Assembly (NCBI GenBank): GCA_000934665.2
Contig: KZ538494.1
Coordinates: 62,001 to 126,000, forward strand
Length of the DNA: 64,000 nucleotides
From: Catajapyx aquilonaris
Lineage: Eukaryota
Direction of reading: 5' to 3'
Position 1 is the first letter of the stretch, and each line of letters opens with the position of its first letter. A model generated the notes under the pieces. That model had not been told where the DNA came from and ran no database searches. It worked only from the letters and a program-made list of their open reading frames with translations. The position numbers and the translations under genes were made by a program. Shown here one piece after another: positions 38,701 to 50,900 of the stretch.

Positions 38701-41626
38701 TTTTCTGTGTTGCATCCACCATTACTTTAGCGCTACCTGAAGCAAGAAAAGGGGGTTGGACCCCTCACCCCCTTTCAAATGGCCCTTTCCACTCGCATAA
38801 TTACACGCCTTGCTGAAGAAACATGGCGCTGCAATGATCAATCCCAATCACCAGAAGCTATTTTCTTCCCTGAAATCCTTACACGTTAGCTTTAATAGCG
38901 CCTTCATTTATATTTCACTCCAGGTGTCACCAGAGCCCACTTGCCGTATTTAAACTTTGCGTAGAAATAATGGAAATCCTGCACCAGAGGCGGGGGTATA
39001 GCAGCATTAGGCGGCCAAAAACATCTTGAAAAATGCATGAAATAGTGGGTCAAAGTTTTAATGATACCAATACGCGCAGAATGGACTTGGCGGCCTGGAA
39101 ACGGGGCTAATTAAGGTCAGGAGCTACTTCATAAAGATGTGAGCACAATTTGGCGGCTGACTTGTATTGCCTGGCGCTAGTAAAAAATTCACACCATCAC
39201 TTTCGTGGTGCGCAAAAGCCCGCTTTTAATCCGCTAACAGGGAATAAGCGCGCCATTTGCTACTCGCTTTTCAATTGCACCGAGCGGGATCATTTGCTGC
39301 ACAATTTTCATCCTCCGCGCACTTTCCCCAAATGTACATCCGACGCATATGCACCATATGGAAAACCACAATTTCAACACGCCACCGTATCAAGTACTCC
39401 TCCGAGTATGTCGTTTCGGAACCCCCCACCTATTTCTATGGATCGCACTATAGACTATTTCTACACCGGTTTCGGACTAAATCGAAGCCCTATTGGAAGT
39501 TACGTACAATCGTTTCACATATTTACACTGCACAACAATGCATATTTATGGCAAGAAGGTTGACATTTATTACACAAAAAATGTTCGAGGAAATTAATAA
39601 AAACATGGTGGTTGCAGAGAAAAATCAATTCGTATTACAGAAATTGAAATGTCTACATGTCTCCCCAGGAAAAAAGTTCAATTTCAGCTGAATGTCACTT
39701 TTTCAGCTATATAGACAGCTTTTTTCCCTGGGTGGTGTAAGGAGAATCGCGGGGACGAAAGAAGCAGAAGGGCGAAAAAAAGGGGGCCCTTGAGAAGACG
39801 AGTAAATGGATAGCGATAGTGAGGAGAGGCGGAAAGAGTAGCCGTGACGACTGCAGACAGCGTTCCGAAGTGCCAATCCAGTGCTAAAAATCCCGGATGA
39901 GGGCTGCCGACACCTGAGTGACACGTGCCGATTGAGCTGCGCCTTCTTTTTTCCGCTGCTGGACCTCCCCAGGAAATGACTCCCTCCTACCCTACCCCTC
40001 CACTGCAATTTCCTTCGGCGGCTACAATCACCCTCACCATCCCGGGGCACCATCTGCGCTTACAGGAAGACGAGTAAATTCGGGTCGTCCGTGCGTGCGG
40101 CTGGACACAATAATGGAATCATCTCCACTCAAAAAGTACATGACGGTACTCCCAAGGAACCAAGCCAATATACCACCTCTTACATCCAAGTAAAAATACC
40201 TGGCCTACCCATGCAGAAGCCACAATGATGGCACGCCGAGTGGAACGGGGTGCTTTTGGGTGGTCGGCAACAACCCATCCGTGCTCACCTGGAAATTTGC
40301 CCCCCATCACAATGGTGGAATAAAATAGCTTCATGCTAATCTGCTCTCCGTTGCTCGCGTTGGAACAGCTTCCTGCGGGCGCCTGATGAAAAGCCACTTG
40401 GGTTTCAACTCCTGCGATATGTCAGAAGTAGAGAGAAAAAGAAGACCTAAAACCGCATACCCCTCCCCTCCCCTCCCCCCGCCCTTCCAGCCCCCTCTAT
40501 TTCTCCTAACTTTACCCCTACGCTCACATTTCTTTCTCCCAACTTTATCTCCCGCCACCTGCCTACAGCATCTTTTCCTGCTCTACTCCGCCTTTATCGC
40601 CAGAATTTGTCTCCTTCAATGCCTTCAACCTCTACGCCCTTTCACAACTTTCTTCTCAACCCAGCTCATTGATGGAGAAATAACTGCCACTGAACTTTTT
40701 TTTTCCTCTCCCCGTCGCACCATACTCTCCCTCCGGACCAGACTCAGGTGCTGGCATACTGCATACATTTCCAAAGTGTTGTGCATTATTTTCAATATCA
40801 GCTTCCACCCAGCTTCCCTGCAAGTTAGGTAATGTCCTCCAACAAAAAAAAAAAAGTTGGTTGAGTAACTGACATTCAGATTTTGGAAAAAGGATACGGC
40901 TACGTAATTGCAACCGGTGGCATCAAACTTTTCCGTAAAAGAGTAACCATCACTGCGTGAAAGCATGCGCTGAAAAATGCATGTTATCCTATTACATTCC
41001 ATTACACGGAACAAAGGATTCGCTCTTGTGCTACCCACCTCTCTAAGTTACAGCCAGGAGCCATTTTTCTTGGGTTACAAAAATGGAGCTTTTTTCTGCC
41101 TGAGATAGACCGAATTACAGTACCCTGTAACCCATTTCACGGGCACATTGACTTTGCAATTACATGCATGTATATATAGGCTTACATGCAGGTTGATGAA
41201 AAGTGCTGGCTTGACATCCTCCAATGGCAATATTCTTGGCCTAAATATCGTTAGAATAGTTGGGTAGCCAGCAATTTTTATAATATGAGTTAAAGCTGGG
41301 AGTAGAGCCATTAAATTTTCAAAAGTTTTTGGGCCATTGGCTCTTGTCAATCGCGCCACTGTTCTACCCTTTGCCTTACCCGCGTCAGTCATCAGGAAGT
41401 CACACAATTTATCAGTGTCATCCGACCAACTCTCGTGTCATTGCCCGTGTCACTTACCCCCATCGTGACATTCATGGCCATGTTGCCACCCTTGTCAACG
41501 TCATTGTCATAAGCGGTTTCAGTCTATAGATCACTATCCATGTCACTGCTACACCGCTCAAATTACTCGTAATTCATCCGATAGAATCAAATTGTGTACA
41601 ACTTCTCGCCTAATCGCTTCTACTAA

Positions 41627-41735
41627 GGGCCGGTTGCATAAACAAAGTAAATTCGGAACAAGTGGTGGATATAATGCTATATTAATGTAGAATTAAATAC
41701 TTGTAGAGGGGTTACCATTGTTATGCAACCCTGCC
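41627..41735. mobile_element. Degenerate ~109-bp Harbinger-type MITE
   Basis: Left end TAA|GGGCCGGTTGCATAAACAA shares its first 9 nt with the 4931 element. Right end reverse complement is GGCAGGGTTGCATAACAA (12/15 match), followed by TAT. Confidence 0.55.
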
Positions 41736-44700
41736 TATATAAGAAGTATTCCACGGTATGAAAATTACGTTTGTACGAGTATTTGCAAGCAGCATTCAGT
41801 ACGAGAGAGGCAGCCGTAGTTCTTAGATTCTGTATAGTATAGACTTGCTTTCATGTAATACATATGTTGAAGTAAGATCCCGGGGAAGGTGGGGGGAGTA
41901 TGGGCAAGGAAAGAGACATCTGCCAAGAAATACACGTTCTACTTCCGCAGGCCTAGGTCAACTCTCCGTTTATTACCACTCCCCAATTTCCATATGTTTC
42001 CCATGGCAACTACAAACCACTACGATGTTTGCATTCAAAACAAAATTATTCGGTGCACGTGTAAAATTAACATTACTGTTATATCCGCATAGGATGAAGA
42101 GAAGTCCTGATATATTCGTTACAGGCATCACCAGCGTACTCGTGGAGATCAAACTGTTTCAAATAGAAAGCATGATAGTCTATACATGTAAGCTAGCACT
42201 CACCAAATGTACACAGCCTTATTAGTTATTTCTCCTCTTCTCCGAGTAGTGTACATTCAACAATAGGTCTACAGCTTTCACCGAGCGCTTTAATTAAAAA
42301 GTATTAATTCACCAAAACCATTCCAATCAACGTCCACGACTCCTGCTTGGCTAAGTCCTCGAATCACTCTATTGCAAGTATTTTTTTCCCCCCCTCGACG
42401 ATTTAAGTAATGAAGTTTCCCAAGCTGTCTTTGATTCTGGCTTGACAGCAGCATGGGAACTGGAAGGAAAGTCATGTGGTCTGCGTCTTGGTTCAGCTTA
42501 CTTCTTTTCTTCCCTGCTTTTTTCCTCTTCTTCTCTATCTCCCTCTCTCCTCCCGGAGGACGAACGACTGAGTAAACATGCCCGATTTGGATCTTGCGGC
42601 TCCTTGGCCGAGTGGAAAGCAAACACCCCAACCTTATCCAATTTTTCTCGGTCCACTTTACGTCCTGATTTCTTCTTCATAGACCACCCTAATCCGACTA
42701 ATACATACGTCATTCTCCTCGATATTGGTTCTATTTATCCACTTAGCGACCAGCTTTTAAAAAAAACGGGATAAGACCAGCAAATAGTGCTCGCATTAAA
42801 AATGTGCTAGCTCGTTACTCCCGTGGTAATTATCAAGTGAAAAGAATACTAGTAATCTGGGTTATCAGGAGCATTAATCCGTCCGTAATTGAGAATGACA
42901 GGTATACTATCACCGGTTACGAAGTAGTGTGGTTTAGTAAGGGGAACCTGTGCAGCAGGCAGCCACTGATGAGACTCGTAATTGGAAATCGCTTGTTCAA
43001 CGCCGCGGACATACGAATGTGTGGAATTAGCGAGCCCATGACAACCTGCAAGGATTTATGTCGGAAATTACAGCCTAGGCAGCGCAAGTTACAACACAAG
43101 GCCCTTCATAAAACTGATCCAGGCGCACGACGCAAATTTCTATCCCTTGCTAATGAAGGCATGCACGTGCTTGGCGCATACACATGCATAAAATATGAAT
43201 AAGGCCATGCCAAAAATTACAAGTTAATTAGTTCATTCAAATTCAGTAATATAATAAACTCCGAGCTCGCAAGCCTGATAATAAATTACATAAATAATAT
43301 ATCACCGCATGAAAATAACTATTGAAACATCAGGCCATCACATACTCCCGTGTTGTATCAGTATATCCCACTACCATAATATTATCCTCCAGCGAAATAT
43401 TCTGACGGAAGTTTCCCCAGTAAAGTAGCTCGAGACCGGACACAACTCAAGCGCCTTACAACATTATCGTATTACAGACCAAGATCTAGCAGATATCCAG
43501 TGGCCCCTACTCCACCTTCTCAGAAGCACTTATGAAATTATCTTACAGCAGCCACGCATTCAATTAATTAATGAGAACCGAAAGACACGGCCATCACTTG
43601 GATCCAGCACTCGCCCAAATTACCCAACCCCCTCCATCCCCTGGTCTTCCTCTACACAGCCGCTCTTCTGTTTGAATATATGTCCGGGGCATCCATCACT
43701 GAGATGGCCGGGGATCCGCCCACGCATCTGGCAGCTTGTCCTCTACACGTTCTCTCGACGGCCAAACCACTAATAATATTCCTCCATTAACATCTCAAGT
43801 GACTCATTCCGTTTTATGCTCATGTGATGGAGTATTTCGTGCCGTCCAACTCGGACCCTCGCGGCGGCTTTTCCGGCCTCCTTTCCTCCCCAGCCCACGA
43901 TCGAAATGTCAAACCACGCATCCTCCTCCACCCAAAGAAAACCCTACTCCACCCCCAAGAACAACAAGGTCCGAGCAAACACTGCCAACCCAATCTCATT
44001 TCCAAGCCTGCACAGAAACGTGGCGCACGCACCTCTACTCTCTCAAACTCTACCTCTCTCTTCCCTGAGTCTCTTATTCTCACCTATTCATATTTGATGC
44101 CAGCACCAAGCGTCTTGTGATCACGCACAACTTACTTAGCTTCCCTCCTCTCATTTCACTACTTAAGAGTGCAAAAAATGGCAACACTACATTCACATAT
44201 TCCGGAAGATATTGGTGCCAAATGTTGGTGTGGATGAGTGCAAACCTTTCAGGATATGCTAAACGAAGTATGAAAAGGCCATTATCTGGGTAACAAGGCT
44301 GTGAAGACCAAGTGACCCATCTACATCAAGTGACGGGGTCATCCTAAAAGTTTGTAGGTGCATTTCTGAAACAACCTGTAAATGTAATTTATTCAGCATG
44401 AATGAACACATATGACAGCTCAAATCCAAGTAATTGCGGTATAAACTGACGTGTTTACTTATGGGGGTCATCATGATCGGGTCATTCGCTCCTAGTTGGC
44501 ATGCCTCATGGCGTATATTCACTTCCTGTACTCATTTAGTAATGAGTGTTGAGGCACCGCAGTGTATATGAACGGAGATCAATGGAAGGATCGATTGCAA
44601 GGAAGAGTCATTGTCTCGCAAAATATCTAGCAGAAACATCAAAGCTGCCATCGTTTTCGCGAATAACGCAACTGGTTTGAAGCCCACATTGGAATCAGTA

Positions 44701-47700
44701 GGACGGTTTGTTACAAGTGGCAAATAGGAAATTTCCGAGGCACAGACCCCCTCCCGAACCGTACTGAAGTGCAGTTGGACACTTCCCACGACAAGCTATG
44801 TGTAAGCAGGGCCTACTCAAACTGCGCTCTTCCCTAGTAAAACTTTCGGTGGAAAGCAAATGCATTACAGAATTATGCTAATTAAATCGCCTACAAAGGA
44901 CGCAACTGCTGACAGGCCAAGAAAAATCCGCCTGGCCCACATGCAGCTGCAAAACCCCCCACTACAATCAAAAGGACGTTGGAGATGAGGTCCTGTTCAC
45001 ATTTGCAGCAAAGGCCTCCCCTTTTGTCTGTCTTACTGACCTCCCAGCAGAACTGCACCGTAGTAACAAGTTAAACTGGATGTTATAGGAGCCTTTGTTT
45101 TACTCGGGCCGCCTTTCCCTCAGGTCTCCTCTCTTTATCATCTCGCATGCCGCTTGAATTTCCTGGTCCCCTTGAGCGTGGGAATCGCCAACACGTTCCC
45201 CAGCCCGCCTCTTAACCTCTGCCAGTTCTCCATTAATAAAGAAATCATCGCCCCAAGATATGCCACGGCATGACCCTTTTGCTTGCTGCGCACAGTGCGA
45301 ATCCATTTAGACTTTAATGGCATTAACTTCAGCATAATGCTGCAGTGTACTGTGCAGAGAGTTGCGGTATTCTACATGTTCGCTCAACATTTTGTGGAGC
45401 AAATGAAATTATCGTCTTACACTTTACCATAGGCGCGATACTAATCTAACGCGTGTCATTTTGTACTTACTCTAATGTTGTACCCTGTTCAAGAGAGGCG
45501 CAGTTTAATAGTTTCTCCCAACTTGGATGATTAACTCTACCAGTTAACAGTTATGGCACCTAGCTATTACACTTAACTGTAATAACACTCGCCGACTGTT
45601 GACTCATTTCAAGCGCATCACTAGAGTCAGCAATTACGTTAAGTGTCAAGTGCAGGATACTCAAGAAACAACTTCCCCCGCCGAGTAATCTATTGTAACC
45701 AAACAAGGGCTATTTCCAACACATATTACTCTCACATTTTATCAATGTACAATAATTTATTGCACAATAAGACGGAGCCGATCCCGACACATGCGGGCAC
45801 ATTTATGTGTTTAAGTTGGCTTAATTAGAAACCTGACGTAGTATGGCAGTGTACCTAAATTACTTGAAAATATTTACAGAAAAAATTAAAACTATCAACA
45901 TGCCAATTTCCCCACGTCCTCATGATGTGCGGTACAGTATTCACCTCAATCTATCAATAGCAGAGTCAAAATTGCATTGACAACATCATTTGTATTTCAA
46001 GTTAACATAATGACGCCCATGAAAAATGCTATTATTATAATTTTAAAATGTCAGTTTAGCGTGTAAAGTCAACACAGCTTGCCATATCCATTCAACAGCT
46101 ACAGCATATCACTCGCGGTTATTGACAAAATATTACTGGTGTGATGGCCAGAAACAGCCTATAATCAATTGAATGGCTGCTCTGTCAAACATTACCGGTG
46201 TTGCATTTACTGTTGGGCGCATTTCAATTATTTTATTCCGGTATTATTTTATACTCTACAGTGTAATCTCGTTAAAATTCAGGTGAGACAAATCGCACAG
46301 GTACTAACTGAACTGGTCAACTGCCAAAATATTACGATGACAAAATCATGGATATTCTCATTCTTCTATTATGCTAGCTAAAAAGCATAATTGGCTCAAG
46401 TTTCAGCGCACCAAAGTTTTCCCTGAAATATGGAAATATTGAGGGTCTTTTCGTATCAGGCAAGGTCAACGTGGCAAGCAAGTTTTGTAATGTATTATCG
46501 ACTAGACTGTCTAGACAACTTCCTACGTTGCGAATCACTCTGATCCAAGAATTTTTAAGAATACAAACGTGCACGGTAAATGAGAAAATTCTGCAACTCA
46601 TGCAGTTAGCACCTTAGTAATATTACAGGAAAGAGGGGGGTATTTCGTAGTTCTGTTATACCGGTACCGCCTAACAGTTGAATATCGTCAAAGAAAATGG
46701 CCAGAAGAGAATGAGGGAAGGAAAGACATAGGCATCTAGGCTCCTACAGTGGAACGCAGTGTAGAAACAAATGACGGCGACATTTAGGCCTCGTTAGGCT
46801 CCCTCTCGCCTCATTCATATCGGAGCCTTGATCCGCGCCCATAACTCAGCTGCCTTCTTTCACAATACCCGCCGTCTCCGGAGAATAACCCGCGCAGGGA
46901 GCCTTGTGAAAAATCGTCCACCTCCGCTTAAATTAAGCCCCGGCAGATGGCGCCAAATGACATCTCCAACCCCACCACCACCTCCACCCCTCTTCCTCTC
47001 CCCACACCTCGCGATCTCCGCTCCTTTTCATAAAACCAATCCCTTACTTCCCTTCTCGTTTTTTCCCTTCTTTTTTTTTTTTTTTTTTTGGTGGAGTGGG
47101 CTGGAAAATCTGTGTAACCTTCTCTTTCGAGCGTCAATGTTGGGGAAAAAGAGAGTCGACTGCTGGAGGATTATTGCCACGTAATTTTATGCCGGAAAAT
47201 TAACTCACTCGACCTCAGATTCTGTTTCCGTTCTGAGATTTTTAAAAACGCTGGACTTAAGACTTTTATTACTACCGATTCGTGCATTAGTACATATGAA
47301 ATGTACGGGTGAATTTATTGTTAACTGGGCTTGTAAACACTGTCGCCTTTTGTAGCACAATCTGCTTCCAATGTGAAAATTCACACTTCTGGTGTGATAT
47401 AAGAAGGATGAAAGCTGGAAAGCATGTGTTCTTTATGAGAGAACAATACATCAACAACTTTCAGGTTTGTTTCACTCCAGACAACGTGTATATACATGGA
47501 AATAATATTCTAGAAGTTGCCATCTTAGGCAGTATACAGTACAATGAAAGTAAGTGAGACCGTTTTGAAATGTCGAAAAAATAAATCAAATACTAGATCA
47601 TATTCTTCAGCACTTGTTACTGCACACTACATATGTGCATGTAATATATTAGAAGAATTTCCGTATAGCAAACAGATGGCATTCTCCTTGGAACGCGAAA

Positions 47701-47895
47701 AGTACCTTAAGACTGATTAAAAAGCCAGGGGCAGCAGCAGCAACAGTTGAATAAATATGCACAACACTGCGGGTCTCCGATTACGGACTGCTGAGAAGGT
47801 TCGCATGCAGCAGCAGCAAATCCCCGCAAAGCTCCATATGATGAGTCCCATCTGTACCTGTCCGGGCTGCCACGAAACGCGAAGTATAAACGGCG

Positions 47896-47913
47896 CATCA
47901 TCATCATCATCAT
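47896..47913 (+). repeat. (CAT)6 microsatellite, near short CAG runs at ~47731 and ~47808
   Basis: CATCATCATCATCATCAT seen directly. Confidence 0.85.
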
Positions 47914-50900
47914 TTGTTTTTCTCCCCAAGACTCCAAGAAGACTCCTGCCTAGCTCTCAGTCCGCTCGATATCTCGCCCAGCTTCGCCTACTTCCCTCGA
48001 ATACTCTGCAGTTATCTTCACGCAGGCACTACCAGAACTAATCTCGCTGCAGTCTCGCAGCCAGACATAACCCACAATCACTCATGTGCTTCGAATATCA
48101 TCAGCCATTCGCACCACGCACTCGAATCATCAGACTGCCCTATTACATCCCATTCTGCTTGTTACTACTGCTAATATAAATTGCAAAACCAAATCAACTT
48201 GCAACACATGTAATATACGACACGTTTAGGAACTAGACCCATCAGTGCTAACGTGCCCCTTCTGATAAAACTAATTCCGAGATTAGTGCAGCCTTTACGG
48301 TTCAGTATTTCCAGGACTGGCAAATACAACGCCCTTCTTGGTCGTCTCCTTGGATTACAGTTTCACAAGCTGAACGCACCAAGTTTTACACAATGATACA
48401 GTACAGTCATACTATTGCACAAGGCATAGCGTCAATCGTCAGGAACGTTCAGTATAAATTAAACACACACAACTTTATTCAATAACTTACTCCTCACATA
48501 CAGTATCATGTATATTTAAAAAATGACAAGACGTAACGTTGCATACGACCAACTCAATAATTTATCTCTCAGAGTCAGGTAGTTCATCCTCTTCTGTCAC
48601 CATTAGAAAATTAAAGTAACTAGTGGCAAGCCTTCCAACAGGAGCCTAAATTGCGAACTATGTGCCTGTTCCTAGCTCCCATTATGTATATGGCGATCGA
48701 TGATATCACCTTTGCAAAATCTCCAGGGACAAAAGTTGGGGACTACTGCAAAGGGATTCAAAATTATGCAGTCGACAATCCAAATGCACATTTGCATTCA
48801 GCATGCACAGAAAGCATGGCCAATGAGACACCATCAGTTTTCACAACCGCAGTATTTCACTTCCTATGGTGATGGACAAGGTTCGCTGCGATTCCATGTA
48901 TTACGGGGTGGCAGGAACGGTAAAATTTCTCTGAATGAGCTGCTGCAGGTAATTTGAGGGGGGCCCAATTGGTCTATTAGAATATGAATGAGAACATTTA
49001 ACGCACATCACAATGCCGGCACAGTACATATAAAGCTAATGTATATCAAATCGTATAGTTTCGCCCGGGCTACACACTACATACAAGTCTACAAGCTCAT
49101 ACTGATGCACTGCATCTCCCCCACTTACCCGCAGTAACGTGTAAAAAATATAACTGAAAGTACTTTCTCTATTTCCACGTCTGCTCGCAACAAATTAAAT
49201 TAAGGAAGATTTCCAGTAGAAACCTGCAGTCAATTTATCCGGATCAGGCCAAAGAAAAGTTGCGGTGCAGGGAATTTGAGGCGGTAAATCTTTGTGGGAG
49301 CCCATAAAGCTCAATATCGACAAGTAACCCGGCAGAAAAATGGTCCACTGATTAGTTGCGGCAGCAGAAGCGAAAATGAGGCAACACCGCCCCGGAATTA
49401 CCCAGAGCTCGCAGATGTTTCTTTCCGCTTCCCTTTTTATTTACCTTTTATGGATAAAAGCCGGCTTCCGTTGGCCACTAAAGAGCGCCGTTCGCTACGT
49501 AATTTATCGGTCTCAGTCGCCGCCATCATTTTCGCTCCATCCAACCCTCGACCAAAACCCACAAACCCACAAAAAAATAAGTAAAAAAAAAAAAAAACTA
49601 GGGAGAGACACGTTAACATATTCGGCGAAAAGTAGCAAACCCCCTGCTGGAAAGAGATCAGTAGCAGCTATAATTCCAGGGCCTGGCCTCCAAATTAAAA
49701 CGGGAACCAAGGCTTGAGCGAACTGGGAAGGATATATAACTGCAGTGTCTGGAAGAAGAAGAAAAATCCTGCCACACGGAAAGAAGGTGGAGGATAAAAA
49801 TGGAAACACCGGAGAAATAGATATGGACCTAGTTGGGACTGGTTCCAGCAAAATAGTCTGAAATCATAGGAGCATTACACAACAATATTATCGCAGCGAG
49901 CTTTCCGTCCCGTTAAAATAACACAACGCCTTCGGCATTTCAAATGACAAGTTACCCAACGGAGCAAAAAAAAAACAAAAAACGGTAGAATGGAGTATAA
50001 ACATGTCTCAGTGCTACACTCTGCAAATAATTAAACCCCCTGGAACATGTAATTGCGTTGGACCCACTTTCCCATTTGCTTGGATGGAGCAGGGTCACAC
50101 TGGGTCGGATATTGACACCCAGGCACAAGCTTTAAAACTGTTCCCTTCTCCCCCGCCTTTATCAATTCGTCTATGCCTCATATAATGGTTTCATGCGGCT
50201 ACAATATAAGTTTGAAACAATATCCCCGACGAACATTAACGTGTTTTGCACAACTGCAGAAGCAACAACAAAGTAAATGCGGCAAAGCGGCAAGGCTCTC
50301 GGGCAAACTTATCGAACAAACTGTACAACTCGGCATTGTCTCCGCATTTACGGTAAAACCGCTGATGAATTATCCAGAAATATGCCAGTTATTGTATACA
50401 ACTTTCCACGTTTGCTCGCTTTCAAGCCGTGCAGTACGGTGTGCAACGGTGTGCTTGAATAACTAGAATATTCTCTGACTAGTTTCTTTTAGTCCGCATG
50501 GTACTAGAATGTGCGGTTATGAATGTCGTTTATACGCATTTGGTTGACATTTAGCATTGCGAAGAGGTGCTGCACTTTTTTATTGTTTTCACCTTTTGCG
50601 CTTGCACAATGAAAGAATCCTTCGCATAAAAAGGTTTTGTATTCCCATCCCACTCAGATTTATAACTACATGTATGTAGCCATTTGGACACAAAAAGACC
50701 TCATTATATGTATGTATATACTTTTTTTGGTTTACGATCTGCAATTAATAATTTCACTTGTTCACTACCACAGTTACATGAGTAATGTGGAGGTAGTTTA
50801 CTTCAAGGCTAACATATTACTCGGCATTACATATTTTTTGAAAGCACGAAAAAAATGCTATACGGTATATTATAAATAACCCATCAATTACAACTTGTAG

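Noticed and set aside
44783..45184. Two Su(H)/CSL sites (CGTGGGAA) 400 bp apart; another at 14398-14405 within palindrome GTTCCCACGGGAAC
   Set aside because: Three in 64 kb is close to chance and they do not form a paired-site arrangement.
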